Made by a program: the position numbers and the translations under genes. A stretch of DNA of 52,305 bases from an uncultured Deferribacteres bacterium (lineage in GTDB: Bacteria > Zhuqueibacterota > Zhuqueibacteria > Zhuqueibacterales > Geothermadaptataceae). This document shows, in pieces, positions 1 through 9,746 of this stretch (positions are counted from its first letter, which is position 1; each line of letters begins with the position of its first letter). Where the stretch lies: positions 1-52,305 of the forward strand of contig CAXHAT010000026.1 of NCBI GenBank assembly GCA_964014485.1, written 5' to 3'. The notes beneath the pieces were generated by a model. That model did not search any database, was not told the origin of the DNA, and saw nothing but the letters and a program-made list of their open reading frames with translations.

Positions 1-139
1 ACGAGAATCTTGGGCGTCTTGAAATTAGGTTGACGGTAATGCGCTTCCTCAGGGACGACATTAATGATCGGTTGTTGTCTTGTGGAACTGGCGCGTAACA
101 TCAGTTTATGAAAAATTTTCAGCGCGCCAAGTTCCGCTT

Positions 140-1105
140 TTAGAAGACCTTGACCCTGAAATATTTCTGCGGGCGTTTTTTCATGTCGGCCATGATTTCT
201 TCAACGTCTTTTAGAAGCTTTACGAGTTTGTCGTGCATTTCCGGGTCGTTGAGGAGTTTTCCAGCGGTTCCGTCGGTGCTGTTGAGCGCGGCCATCAGAG
301 AGTCCGTCCGCATCGTCACAGAATTCAAATTGACGTAGAGCGTCGAATCAGCGATCAAGCGCCCGAGCGTACCTTCGCCGTCGTTAATTTTTTCCAGAAT
401 GCTGTCCAACTTGCTCGAGACTTGTTCGATATTGTCAAAAACGGCGGGATCGTGCAGGATTTTGCCGACTGTGCCGGTACGTTTGTTAAATGAAGCGGTC
501 AGGGTCTCAATGTTTTTCGCGGAAGTTGACAAGCTCTGAAACATTGTTGTGTCGCTTAATAGCGCGGAAAGCGTGCCGCTCCCGTCCTGAAGCGAATCGA
601 AAAATCCATTGATGTTATCCAGTACGACAGGGAGCTTTTCGAGCGTGGAGTTGGCGTCTTCGATGGCGCCTTCCAGATCGTAGGGCGTTTGCGCTCTTAG
701 CCAATCGCCTGTCTGCAATGGCGGTTCGTCAACTCTGCCCAGGCTGATTTCGACGTATTTGTCGCCAAGCATCCCCAAGGTTCTTATGGAAGCGATACTG
801 CTGGCGGTAATTTTGTCCTGATATTCCGGTTTGATGTGCAGAGGCATGCCGATGCCGCGCACACCTTCTTTATGCATAGTGGTGAATTTGCCGACCGACC
901 CGGCTTTTATACCAGCCACCGTAATGTATGCGCCTGGCCGCAAGCCGACGACGTTTGGCACGAACATGTTCAAGTCATAGGTCGGCGTGAATTTGAGCGT
1001 ATTTGTGCCCAAAACGATGATCATGAAAACCATCAAGCCAAGTCCGATCAGCGCGAAAATGCCGACTTTGACGTCATTCCATGTCAGTTTTTTCGGACGA
1101 TCCAT
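140..1105 (-). CDS. mlaD: MlaD/MCE family substrate-binding protein
   Basis: N-terminal TM anchor, MCE motif (GLRPGAYITVAGIKAGSV...LGMLGDKYVEIS), repeated GTLGxL helical tail; last gene of an mlaE-F-D run. Confidence 0.9.
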   Translation of the reverse strand: MDRPKKLTWNDVKVGIFALIGLGLMVFMIIVLGTNTLKFTPTYDLNMFVPNVVGLRPGAYITVAGIKAGSVGKFTTMHKEGVRGIGMPLHIKPEYQDKITASSIASIRTLGMLGDKYVEISLGRVDEPPLQTGDWLRAQTPYDLEGAIEDANSTLEKLPVVLDNINGFFDSLQDGSGTLSALLSDTTMFQSLSTSAKNIETLTASFNKRTGTVGKILHDPAVFDNIEQVSSKLDSILEKINDGEGTLGRLIADSTLYVNLNSVTMRTDSLMAALNSTDGTAGKLLNDPEMHDKLVKLLKDVEEIMADMKKRPQKYFRVKVF

Positions 1106-1106
1106 T

Positions 1107-1853
1107 TTACCTCACAAACTGCTGAATATAGTCGTCATTTGAATTCATTAAATCTTCAGGCTGGCCTTCAAAAACGAGGGAGCCGCCCTTAAGCATCACC
1201 AAACGATTTGCTACTGAGAAAGCGTCGGTAAGAATATGCGTCACAACGATGGAAGTGATGTTCCGCTCGTCGCGCAATTTGTTTATTAAATTGTTAATTC
1301 TTTTAGAAACAATGGGATCAAGCCCTGCCGTTGGTTCATCATAGAGAATGATTTCCGGACGCGTGATAATCGCCCTGGCAATGGCGACGCGTTTCCTCTG
1401 CCCGCCGGAAAGCTCCGACGGCAACGTATTGTAGGCGTGCTCCATGTTGATATATTCGAGGACTTCACGCACGCTTTTTTCAAACGGCAAATCTTTGTAG
1501 CGGGGATTTTCCCGCAGGCTATAGCCCACGTTTTCGGCAACCGTCAAGGAATCGAACAAGGCGCCGCCCTGAAAAACAAAACCGAGCCTGCTGCGAAAAG
1601 GAAGCAAACGTTTTTCCGAAAGTCGGGTAATGTTTTCGCCAAAGACGTGGATTTCGCCGCGGGTCGGCCTGCTCAAACCGATGATCAATCGCAGGAGCGT
1701 GCTTTTTCCAGCGCCGCTGCCGCCGAGAATGACGAGCGTTTCGCCCTTAAACACATCCAGCGAGAGATTGTCCAAAATCCAGCCTTCGCCGTAAGTAAAC
1801 GAAACTTCATCGACGCGGATATAGGGCGTGCTATGATTCGTGTCAGGTTCCAT
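1107..1853 (-). CDS. mlaF: MlaF-type ABC transporter ATP-binding protein
   Basis: Walker A GGSGAGKS, FQGGALFDSLTV, LSGGQRKRV, YDEPTAGLDP. Confidence 0.92.
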   Translation of the reverse strand: MEPDTNHSTPYIRVDEVSFTYGEGWILDNLSLDVFKGETLVILGGSGAGKSTLLRLIIGLSRPTRGEIHVFGENITRLSEKRLLPFRSRLGFVFQGGALFDSLTVAENVGYSLRENPRYKDLPFEKSVREVLEYINMEHAYNTLPSELSGGQRKRVAIARAIITRPEIILYDEPTAGLDPIVSKRINNLINKLRDERNITSIVVTHILTDAFSVANRLVMLKGGSLVFEGQPEDLMNSNDDYIQQFVR

Positions 1854-2604
1854 AAAGCGCCAGCACCGTTTTGGAAATCAGGAAATCCATAAAAAGAATC
1901 GAAAGTGAACAGGCCATCACCGCTCTTGTCGCGGAACGCCCGACGCCCTCGGCGCCGCCGTAGGTCGAAAGTCCGTAATAGCAACTGACAATCGCAATCG
2001 TATAACCAAAGAAGAAGGGCTTGATTAATCCCATGGTCAAATCTCGAAAAAAGACGCCGTCCAGAGCCGAAATCCAGTAATGGGCGGAATCGGTGTTCAA
2101 CCAAAGCGTGGCCGACACCCAGCCGCCTAACAACGCAATTGTGTCGGCGTAAATGACGAGGGGCACTGTCATCATGATCGTCGCGGCGATGCGGGGCACA
2201 ACGAGTCTTCGGACCGGATCAGCGCCCATGACGCGCATAGCGTCGAGCTGTTCGGAAATTTTCATGCTTCCGAGTTCGGCGGCGACACGAGCGCCAATAC
2301 GTCCGGATAGCATGAGACCAGTGATTAACGGGCCGATTTCACGAATGACCGAGAGCGACATAATTCGCCCCATAAGCAGCTTGGCGCCGAAAAGCTCCAG
2401 CTTTTTCCCCCACTCCAGTGAAAGCACGAGGCCGATGAAAAGCGCGGCTGTTAAGACGAGCATCAGGGAACTATAGCCCAGAAAATTCATCTGGTTCAGC
2501 GTCTCTCGCGGATAGCGAAAAAAAGCGGCAAAATTGACGGTGGTGTGAAAGATCAGGCGGGTGAATTGCTCAATATGATAGAACGTTCTTTTCAGATTTT
2601 CCAT
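1843..2604 (-). CDS. mlaE: MlaE-type ABC transporter permease
   Basis: REIGPLITGLMLSGRIGA...AELGSMKISEQLDAMRVMG...GGAEGVGRSATRAV motifs. Confidence 0.92.
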   Translation of the reverse strand: MENLKRTFYHIEQFTRLIFHTTVNFAAFFRYPRETLNQMNFLGYSSLMLVLTAALFIGLVLSLEWGKKLELFGAKLLMGRIMSLSVIREIGPLITGLMLSGRIGARVAAELGSMKISEQLDAMRVMGADPVRRLVVPRIAATIMMTVPLVIYADTIALLGGWVSATLWLNTDSAHYWISALDGVFFRDLTMGLIKPFFFGYTIAIVSCYYGLSTYGGAEGVGRSATRAVMACSLSILFMDFLISKTVLALYGT

Positions 2605-2822
2605 TTGGTATATTAAACGACTCGCGCGTAATTAATTCAGGCTTTTCCCACCTGTTCCAAGCAAACAAGTTGAGACTTTTTCAGGAGTCGGCTCGCGCTT
2701 TGAAGGGGAGAATGTATTGCAGGCATGAAACGGCAAAAGTGACTTTTTGATGCAGACAATGCTTTGATAAAATGTCTTTTCAAACACTTTTATTCCCGCG
2801 TTGTCACTTCTTAAAAGGCGGG

Positions 2823-2851
2823 ATTATAAGCATTCCGGCTCAAAAAGTCAA
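2823..2851 (-). promoter_or_regulatory. sigma70-type promoter for mlaEFD
   Basis: Minus strand TTGACT-17 nt-TATAAT. Confidence 0.7.
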
Positions 2852-3095
2852 TCATGATGATCTTGTTTAAGATCGCGCGCTTCCATGAAAAACGCAACGA
2901 CTTCAAAGATGCTCGAAAAGCAACCCGCAACGCTGAGGACAGATTCTGACAGAATAAAAGCACAAACGACTGAGGCGTTGTATTGGCGTTTCGATGAATG
3001 ATCCTCAAAAGTAAGCCAGCCTGTGATTATTCAATTGCGAAACCGAACTCAAGCAAATACTTTCTTGAAAAACCTGGAGTTTGAGGGAGTGAGCG

Positions 3096-4757
3096 ATGAA
3101 ACATGCGACAAGTTTTGAGTTGCTGCTGGACAATGACCCGTCTGCTCGCGGCAAAACCTTAGAAAAGATAAGGCAAGAAATTGGCAAGACCGCGCACCCC
3201 GTTTTCGATCCGGCGAAGGACGCTCTAAAAGATGTTGATCCGCGTTATTTTGAACTCACCATGCGCTTGGATGCTCCCGACGTTTGGGACGTCGCTCGCG
3301 AAATCGCCCGCATTGACGGCGTTGAAGATGTTGACCCGATTCCCGGCGACGTTGGCGCCGAGCAAATCGCCGCAATGGAGGCCGAGGGCGAGCGCGAAAC
3401 AAACATGGACGCCATCCCAAACCCGCCCGCGGACTGGTTTCATGAACAGCCGCACTTCGCCCAAGCCATTGAATACGCCCAAGCTGCGTTTGAAAAACAA
3501 AACGGCGCGTTTAACGGCATAGATTGTTCCGTCAAAATCGGCTTGCTGGACACAGGCTATTCCAACCATCCTGAAACAATCAACATTCGCAAAGATCAAG
3601 GCTACAGTTTTGTCAAACCGCCTTGGTACAATCGAATTTTTAATTGGAATTGGGAGAACAATCCCAAGGATCGGTTGATTAGCTTTATTCCGTTTAAGTG
3701 GGGATCGCACGGCACCAGTTCTTCCTCTGTGATTATCGGCGTCGATACGCCAGGCGCCAAGTTTATTGACGGACATGAAGACCGAACAAACGGCGTTTTT
3801 CCGCAAGCTCAGGTCATTCCCTACCGCATTTCTGACTCTGTCATTTCATTACACAACAATCTCGCGCGCGGCGCCAAAAAAGCCATCGCCGACGGATGCA
3901 AAGTGCTTACCGCCAGCCATGCAAATCTGATCAGGACGCGCATGTTGACCGACGTGGCGGAAGAAGCTTATGAAAAAGGCGTGCTATGGTTTGCCGCCGC
4001 AGGCAGCCATATTGCCAAGCTGAAAAAAGTCTGGATCTATCCGGCGCGCTTTCGTGAGACCATTGCCACCGCCGCATCGACAGTGGACGGCGAACCGTGG
4101 GAAAAAACGCACGCCGGCGTTTTGGTCGATATTTGCGCCCCGGGCTTCAAAATTTATCGTCCAATCGCGCGCAGGAAGTTTCGCGGATGGTTTGGCGCGG
4201 TTAGCTACGGATACGGCTGGGGCGAGGGCTCCACTTTCGCCGCCCCAATCACCGCAGCAGCAGCAGCGCTTTGGCTGACGCATCACGGCGAAGAGAAGCT
4301 CAATCAACATTATCCCAAAGGCTGGCAGCGCGTCGAAGCATTTCGAAAGGTTATGAAAGACAGCGCGACGCCGCATACTGCGCCGGAGCATCAAAAACTT
4401 TACGGCGCCGGGCTTTTGAACGTTGAAAAAATGCTCGAAACGCCGTTGCCGGACGCATCTCAATTGCAGCACGTTAAAATGCAAAAGGCGGCCGCACAAA
4501 ACCAAGCCATCGATCAAGATCGCGTCACGGATCGTGAGTTGACACAATTGACGGGAACAGCGAAAATCCTGACCAATGATGAGAAAAACGACGAGCTGTT
4601 TGATTTTGTGCAGGCGGGCGCTTCGGCGATTGCCAAAAGAAAACTGGAAAACATTGTCGCGGACAATGTGAACTCGGGGCAGGACGTTACAAGTCGGGAA
4701 GGGAATCCAAGATCGAAGGCGCTGAAACTTCATATCAAGCAATGTGAGCAGATATAA
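3096..4757 (+). CDS. S8 (subtilisin-like) family peptidase with atypical active site
   Basis: LLDTG (Asp), SHGT (His), AAAGS, YPA..ETIATAA, VDICAPG, GSTFAAP; SD GAGGGAG upstream; no signal peptide evident. Confidence 0.85.
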   Translation: MKHATSFELLLDNDPSARGKTLEKIRQEIGKTAHPVFDPAKDALKDVDPRYFELTMRLDAPDVWDVAREIARIDGVEDVDPIPGDVGAEQIAAMEAEGERETNMDAIPNPPADWFHEQPHFAQAIEYAQAAFEKQNGAFNGIDCSVKIGLLDTGYSNHPETINIRKDQGYSFVKPPWYNRIFNWNWENNPKDRLISFIPFKWGSHGTSSSSVIIGVDTPGAKFIDGHEDRTNGVFPQAQVIPYRISDSVISLHNNLARGAKKAIADGCKVLTASHANLIRTRMLTDVAEEAYEKGVLWFAAAGSHIAKLKKVWIYPARFRETIATAASTVDGEPWEKTHAGVLVDICAPGFKIYRPIARRKFRGWFGAVSYGYGWGEGSTFAAPITAAAAALWLTHHGEEKLNQHYPKGWQRVEAFRKVMKDSATPHTAPEHQKLYGAGLLNVEKMLETPLPDASQLQHVKMQKAAAQNQAIDQDRVTDRELTQLTGTAKILTNDEKNDELFDFVQAGASAIAKRKLENIVADNVNSGQDVTSREGNPRSKALKLHIKQCEQI

Positions 4758-4789
4758 GTTGATGCGAACGGAAGGGAGAAGCGGATTCA

Positions 4790-6295
4790 ATGAAAAAGCT
4801 CATTGCCGGATTGGCAATTCTCACGGCGCCAGCTTTGACGAGGGCGCAATCCGAACCAAACGTCCAGGACGATTTCAGCGTTGACTTGCTCGCGAACCCT
4901 GCCGCAGCGGCCAAAATCATCGATTTTATTGCTGAAGCCGCAGCTCAAAAGCCGGGCGTTGATCAGAAAGATTTTGTGCAGTATTTGACGCGTGAACACG
5001 CACTTTCAGAGTCCGGCGATTTTGGCGACGCGCAGCAAATCCAAAGTTTTGGGCTGTTCGGCAAGCTGAAATTCAATCGATTTTTCAGTGAATCATTGCA
5101 AAAACGCCGCTCCGTCGATGTTTACCTCCCGAGGAAATACGACAAAAACCGGCCCGAAAAATACCCGGTCGTTTATTTTCTCCACGGAGCCGGAACTGAC
5201 CAATTTCTCTATTCACTCCTTTTCAAACTCGTCCTCGATTATCACATTTTAAGAAAAAACATCGAACCGGTTGTGCTCGTGTTGCCGGACGGCAGCGCGC
5301 CGCCCTATCGCGGCAGTTTTTATACAAATTCTGAATTGTACGGCCAATTCGAGGATTACGTCAAACATGACGTGATCACCTACATCGAAGAAAAATACAA
5401 CGTCCGCACCGACCCCGCCGGACGATTTATGATGGGCGCTTCGATGGGTGGTTACGGCGCCATGAAAATCGCGGCGCGCCATCCGGAAATGTTTCGCGGC
5501 GTGGTTTCCCACAGCGGCCCGCACGATTTGAGCCGGATCGAGGAGCTCATTCCGAATTTGCTTGCCGAATACGCGCCGGAGACCATTGAGTATGCTTTCA
5601 ATCCGGACGCCGGTCGTTTTTCATCGCTGGCGTTCAGCATGGGTGGCGCCTTTTCGCCGAATCTGACAGACCCGTTTTTTGTCAATTTGCCCCTGAACAC
5701 GTCGGCGGAAATAATCCCGGAAATTTATGCACAGTGGCTGACCCACAGCGCGGCGAGAGTCGTCAAAAACTCCCCGAGTTTCCCTAATCTCGCCGTATAT
5801 TTTGACTGCGGCAGGCAAGACGAGCTTGAAGTTTTTCGCTTTAACACCGCCTTCGCAGATACGCTGAACGACCTGGGCGTTGCATACCGCTTTGAAGCCT
5901 TCGACGGCGGTCATCTCAACAAGCTTCTGTTCCGGCTCAACGTTTCTTTGCGTTTTATCGACTCCGTTTTTACCGCCCCGCCCGCGCAGTTTCTGACGGA
6001 CGTTTCGGAAAATGACAATTCGATTCTGCCGCAAGAATTTTCCGTTTCACAGAATTACCCGAATCCGTTCAATCCGTCAACGACGATTCGCTACGCCTTG
6101 CCCAAATCGGCGCACGTTCGTTTGGGAATTTATGATGTCAGCGGCAAACTCGTGGCGCAATTGTTGGATGAAAAAATCACAGCGGGAAACCATGCGATAA
6201 ACTGGGATGCTGCGAGCGCGCCGTCGGGCATGTATTTCGCCCGTTTTCGCGCCGGAGATTTTTTATTTACCAGAAAAATGCTGTTGGTTAGATAA
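4790..6295 (+). CDS. Secreted alpha/beta-hydrolase (putative esterase) with Por/T9SS-type C-terminal domain
   Basis: Signal peptide, YPVVYFLHG, GASMGGYG nucleophile elbow, DCGRQDE, GGH; C-terminus SQNYPNPFNPSTTIRY...SGMYFARF...KMLLVR. Confidence 0.85.
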   Translation: MKKLIAGLAILTAPALTRAQSEPNVQDDFSVDLLANPAAAAKIIDFIAEAAAQKPGVDQKDFVQYLTREHALSESGDFGDAQQIQSFGLFGKLKFNRFFSESLQKRRSVDVYLPRKYDKNRPEKYPVVYFLHGAGTDQFLYSLLFKLVLDYHILRKNIEPVVLVLPDGSAPPYRGSFYTNSELYGQFEDYVKHDVITYIEEKYNVRTDPAGRFMMGASMGGYGAMKIAARHPEMFRGVVSHSGPHDLSRIEELIPNLLAEYAPETIEYAFNPDAGRFSSLAFSMGGAFSPNLTDPFFVNLPLNTSAEIIPEIYAQWLTHSAARVVKNSPSFPNLAVYFDCGRQDELEVFRFNTAFADTLNDLGVAYRFEAFDGGHLNKLLFRLNVSLRFIDSVFTAPPAQFLTDVSENDNSILPQEFSVSQNYPNPFNPSTTIRYALPKSAHVRLGIYDVSGKLVAQLLDEKITAGNHAINWDAASAPSGMYFARFRAGDFLFTRKMLLVR

Positions 6296-6303
6296 ATACG
6301 ACG

Positions 6304-6331
6304 GTAGAGACGCACGGCCGTGCGTCTCTAC
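6304..6331. repeat. GTAG-type REP palindrome
   Basis: Perfect 28-bp palindrome GTAGAGACGCACGGCCGTGCGTCTCTAC. Confidence 0.8.
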
Positions 6332-6361
6332 GCGGTGCGCGCCGAAATAAATATCAAAATT

Positions 6362-7594
6362 ATGAATGCATGCATCATCTCAATTGGCGATGAATTGCTG
6401 ATTGGACAAACGGTAAACACGAACGCAGCCTGGCTTGGCGACAAGCTTGGCGGGATTGGCGTGTCAGTCAAAGAAATCTTGACCATTGGCGACGACCGGA
6501 AGGCGATTCACAACGCCCTTGACCAGGCGATGCAAAAATGCGACGTGGTTCTCGTCACCGGGGGCTTGGGGCCTACGCATGACGATATTACAAAAGACGT
6601 CGTCGCCAGGTACTTCGAGGCGAAACTCGTTTTTCACCAAGACATTTTGGATCGTTTGCGAACGTATTTCGAAGCGCGCGGCTACAAACTGCCCGCGAAC
6701 AACGAAAGCCAGGCCTGGCTGCCCGACAAAGCTAAAATCTTGCCGAACAAAATCGGGTCTGCGCAAGGCATGTTGTTCGAGAAAGACGGTTGTATTTGCA
6801 TCGCCATGCCCGGCGTGCCGCGAGAGATGCAGTACATCATGGAAAATAGCGGGCTTGCATTTATAAAAGCAAGAAACAGCGGAAAAGTCGTTCTTCACCA
6901 CACATGGCGAACGGTTGGCGTACCGGAATCGAAACTTGCGGAAACGCTTGGCGACGTCAATGAAATTGAAAAATTTGGAAAACTCGCCTTTTTACCAAAA
7001 TTCGGCAGCGTGGATATTCGGCTGTCCGTCAAGACAAACAGCTACGAGGAAGCCAGGCAAAACATTGACAACGTCAGCAACATCATTCTAGCAAAAGCCG
7101 GAAAACACATTTTTGCAACGGGATCGACAAGTTTACAGGAAGTGATTGGGCTGCACCTGGTCGAACGCGGCGCAACGATGGCTGCCGCAGAGTCTTGCAC
7201 AGGCGGATTGATTTGCCAAAAAATCACCGAGACGCCGGGCAGCTCCGAATATTTTCTTGGCGGGGTCGTAGCTTATAGCAATGAACAAAAGGTCAGATTT
7301 CTCGGCGTTTCTGAAAAAACGTTGGAAGCGCACGGCGCTGTCAGCGAACAAACGGCGCGCGAAATGGCTGCGGGCGTGCGCGACAAAATGGCTGCGGATT
7401 TCGCGATCAGTACAACCGGCGTTGCAGGACCGGGAGGCGGTACGCCGGAAAAACCCGTCGGGCTGGTTTACATTGGTCTGGCAACCCCGCAAAACGTCTC
7501 GGCGAAAAAATTCATCTTTTCCAATGATCGCAAAATCAACCAGGAAAGAAGCGCCGTTATCGCATTGTCAATGCTTTACAAAGCTCTTGTTTGA
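6362..7594 (+). CDS. cinA: Competence/damage-inducible protein A (CinA; MoCF-like domain plus NMN deamidase)
   Basis: IISIGDELLIGQTVNTNA, TGGLGPTHDDIT, MPGVPREM, AESCTGG, TGVAGPGGG; start moved to ATG 6362 because the ORF-track start lies in the REP. Confidence 0.93.
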   Translation: MNACIISIGDELLIGQTVNTNAAWLGDKLGGIGVSVKEILTIGDDRKAIHNALDQAMQKCDVVLVTGGLGPTHDDITKDVVARYFEAKLVFHQDILDRLRTYFEARGYKLPANNESQAWLPDKAKILPNKIGSAQGMLFEKDGCICIAMPGVPREMQYIMENSGLAFIKARNSGKVVLHHTWRTVGVPESKLAETLGDVNEIEKFGKLAFLPKFGSVDIRLSVKTNSYEEARQNIDNVSNIILAKAGKHIFATGSTSLQEVIGLHLVERGATMAAAESCTGGLICQKITETPGSSEYFLGGVVAYSNEQKVRFLGVSEKTLEAHGAVSEQTAREMAAGVRDKMAADFAISTTGVAGPGGGTPEKPVGLVYIGLATPQNVSAKKFIFSNDRKINQERSAVIALSMLYKALV

Positions 7595-7725
7595 AATGCT
7601 CCACGGATAGCGGAGTGCTATGATTTATCATCTCCCTTGCAGCAAACTCCCGTCAAACACTGAAGCGTTTGACTCCCGAATTCTCGGACAGGCTTTGAAA
7701 AGACAAATCATCAATTTTGGGCAAA

Positions 7726-8286
7726 ATGATGAGAACTTTTGTTTGCTTCGAGCTGCCGGACGACGTGAAAGACAAACTGGCGGCCTTGCTTACTGAAGCA
7801 CGGAAATTTCACGATTTGATCCGCTGGACGCCGCCGAGCAATGTTCACTTGACTTTGAAATTCCTCGGCGAAACGACTGATAACCAACTCGAAGCGGTTT
7901 CCGCCGCCTTAGAAAAAATCACACGCTTACACGCGCCTGTCAATGTTACATTTGACCGGCTTGGCGTTTTCCCAAACTTTAAAACGCCGCGTGTTTTTTG
8001 GGTGGGGGTCAATGAAACGTCCAATCATTTGCAAGAGCTTGTTTCAGATTTAGAGATCGGCTTTGAAGACGTCGGTTTCGAAAAAGAGAACAGACAATAC
8101 CGCCCACACCTGACCCTGGGTCGTACCAAAGACCGCCACATCGGCGAAACGCTCAACTTCTGGCGTCAGCACAAAATCAAACCGTTTACGGTCAGATTCC
8201 CCAAAATCGTACTTATGGAAAGTCGGCTCGAATTAACCGGAGCCGTCTATACGCCGCTGAAAAAACTTCAGTTACGAGGAAAATGA
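7726..8286 (+). CDS. thpR: RNA 2',3'-cyclic phosphodiesterase (2H phosphoesterase)
   Basis: Two HxT motifs (HLTLKFLGE, PHLTLGR); commonly follows cinA. Confidence 0.9.
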   Translation: MMRTFVCFELPDDVKDKLAALLTEARKFHDLIRWTPPSNVHLTLKFLGETTDNQLEAVSAALEKITRLHAPVNVTFDRLGVFPNFKTPRVFWVGVNETSNHLQELVSDLEIGFEDVGFEKENRQYRPHLTLGRTKDRHIGETLNFWRQHKIKPFTVRFPKIVLMESRLELTGAVYTPLKKLQLRGK

Positions 8287-8395
8287 CGCTTTTCCCGAAA
8301 GGCCTTTCAGAGAAACTGCGTGACTTTTCAAGTCGGGATTTCTATCTTCGTCGCCCTTAATCACATTTTCCAAAATCTTTGGTCCGACCTGAATC

Positions 8396-9481
8396 ATGCC
8401 GGAATTTTTTGAAGCAACTGTTTTTCTCGAGCAAACGAAATACCTGCCAGTGTTCGACGTGCGCTCACCCGCTGAATATGAGAAGGGCCACATTCCCGGC
8501 GCGCACAATATCCCGCTTTTCTCAGACGAAGAGCGCGCTCTTGTCGGGACGATGTACAAAAACAGCGGGCGCGACGCCGCGGTTATGGAAGGAATGGGGC
8601 TGGTCGGCCCCAAGATACGAGCAATGGCGGAACGGGTCAGTAAAATTCACGAACAATTTGTTCACGCCAACAAAGAGATCATCGGCGGCCGGAAAGAGAA
8701 AGAGGCTCTCGTTTATTGTTGGCGCGGCGGCATGCGCAGCCAAGGCGTCGGCTGGCTTTTGGAGCAGGCCGGATTTCGAACGGTTTTGCTGAAAGGCGGC
8801 TATAAATCGTATCGCAAGTTGGTTTTGGAAGCCTTCGAACAAAAGCACAAAATAAATATTGTCGGGGGCAAAACCGGTTCCGGGAAAACGTTCATTTTAA
8901 CAGAATTGGAAAAACTGGGCGAGCAAGTTATTGACTTGGAAGGGTTGGCGCATCACAAAGGTTCAGCCTTCGGCGCGCTGGGCGAATTGCCGCAGCCGAC
9001 GCAGCAACAGTTTGAAAATACTTTGGCTTCCGCCTGGCTGGGTCTCTCCAACTCGCATCCGGTTTGGCTTGAAGACGAAGCGCTGTTCATCGGAAGATGT
9101 ATGATTCCCAAGCCCGTTTTCAACCAAATGAAAGTTGCGAAAGCCTATTTTCTTGAAATGCCGCTCGAACTTCGCGTGCAACGCCTTGTCAGTGACTACG
9201 GCGACTTTCAAACGGAAGAGCTTGTCGCCGCAATTAACAACGTTCGAGACCGATTGGGCGGACAAAACGCCAAAAACGCCGTCGCTGCCTTGGAGTCCGG
9301 CGATACCGCCGGATGCTGCGCGATACTGCTGGAGAATTACTACGACAAGGCGTACATGTACGCTCTTTCCCGGCGTAACAAAGCTGACGTTCACAGCATA
9401 AAGACTGACAACTCAGACCCTGTTGAAAATGCCAGGAAAATGCTTCAAGCCAACACTCCGCACGTCAATTGTCGCATTTGA
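8396..9481 (+). CDS. mnmH: tRNA 2-selenouridine(34) synthase MnmH/SelU
   Basis: DVRSPAEYEKGHIPGA, YCWRGGMRS rhodanese Cys, GKTGSGKT, DLEGLAHHKGSAFG, YYDKAY. Confidence 0.93.
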   Translation: MPEFFEATVFLEQTKYLPVFDVRSPAEYEKGHIPGAHNIPLFSDEERALVGTMYKNSGRDAAVMEGMGLVGPKIRAMAERVSKIHEQFVHANKEIIGGRKEKEALVYCWRGGMRSQGVGWLLEQAGFRTVLLKGGYKSYRKLVLEAFEQKHKINIVGGKTGSGKTFILTELEKLGEQVIDLEGLAHHKGSAFGALGELPQPTQQQFENTLASAWLGLSNSHPVWLEDEALFIGRCMIPKPVFNQMKVAKAYFLEMPLELRVQRLVSDYGDFQTEELVAAINNVRDRLGGQNAKNAVAALESGDTAGCCAILLENYYDKAYMYALSRRNKADVHSIKTDNSDPVENARKMLQANTPHVNCRI

Positions 9482-9523
9482 AATCATTTGTTGAAAAAGC
9501 GCTTTTCGACAATTTTAGTGCGA
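9471..9523. terminator. Long imperfect hairpin at the mnmH 3' end (terminator or REP-like)
   Basis: GTCGCATT...TTGTTGAAAA / TTTTCGACAA...AGTGCGAC inverted arms. Confidence 0.4.
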
Positions 9524-9560
9524 CTGCAAGACGTCTTTTACGCCTGATGAGATTTTTCTT

Positions 9561-9643
9561 CTCATTAGCCCCGGCTTTCAAGCCGGGGTTTTGGTAGAAT
9601 CACACTTTCTCTTCTCACCGCCCTGAAGGACTGCGCTAATGAG
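9561..9643. repeat. REPIN-like element (TTAGCCCCGG...GCTAA type)
   Basis: CTCATTAGC / GCTAATGAG outer inverted ends; inner hairpin CCCCGGCTTTCAAGCCGGGG and degenerate partner CCGCCCTGAAGGACTGCG. Confidence 0.55.
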
Positions 9644-9746
9644 AGAAAGAAATGATTTCCGTCTCCAATTCTTGTGTGTGTGGAATGTCGGTTCAAACAA
9701 TAAAAAACAACGTCCATTCGCCCGAGAATCAGATTTGAGGTAATAC

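Noticed and set aside
1..61. Possible 5' end of a minus-strand gene (MSSLRKRITVNL...) at the window edge
   Set aside because: Only 20 codons are visible and there is no clear RBS, so it cannot be supported.
7600..7700. Degenerate hairpins and an AATTCTCGGACAGGCT end resembling ~13903 and ~29760
   Set aside because: Too decayed to define element boundaries with confidence.
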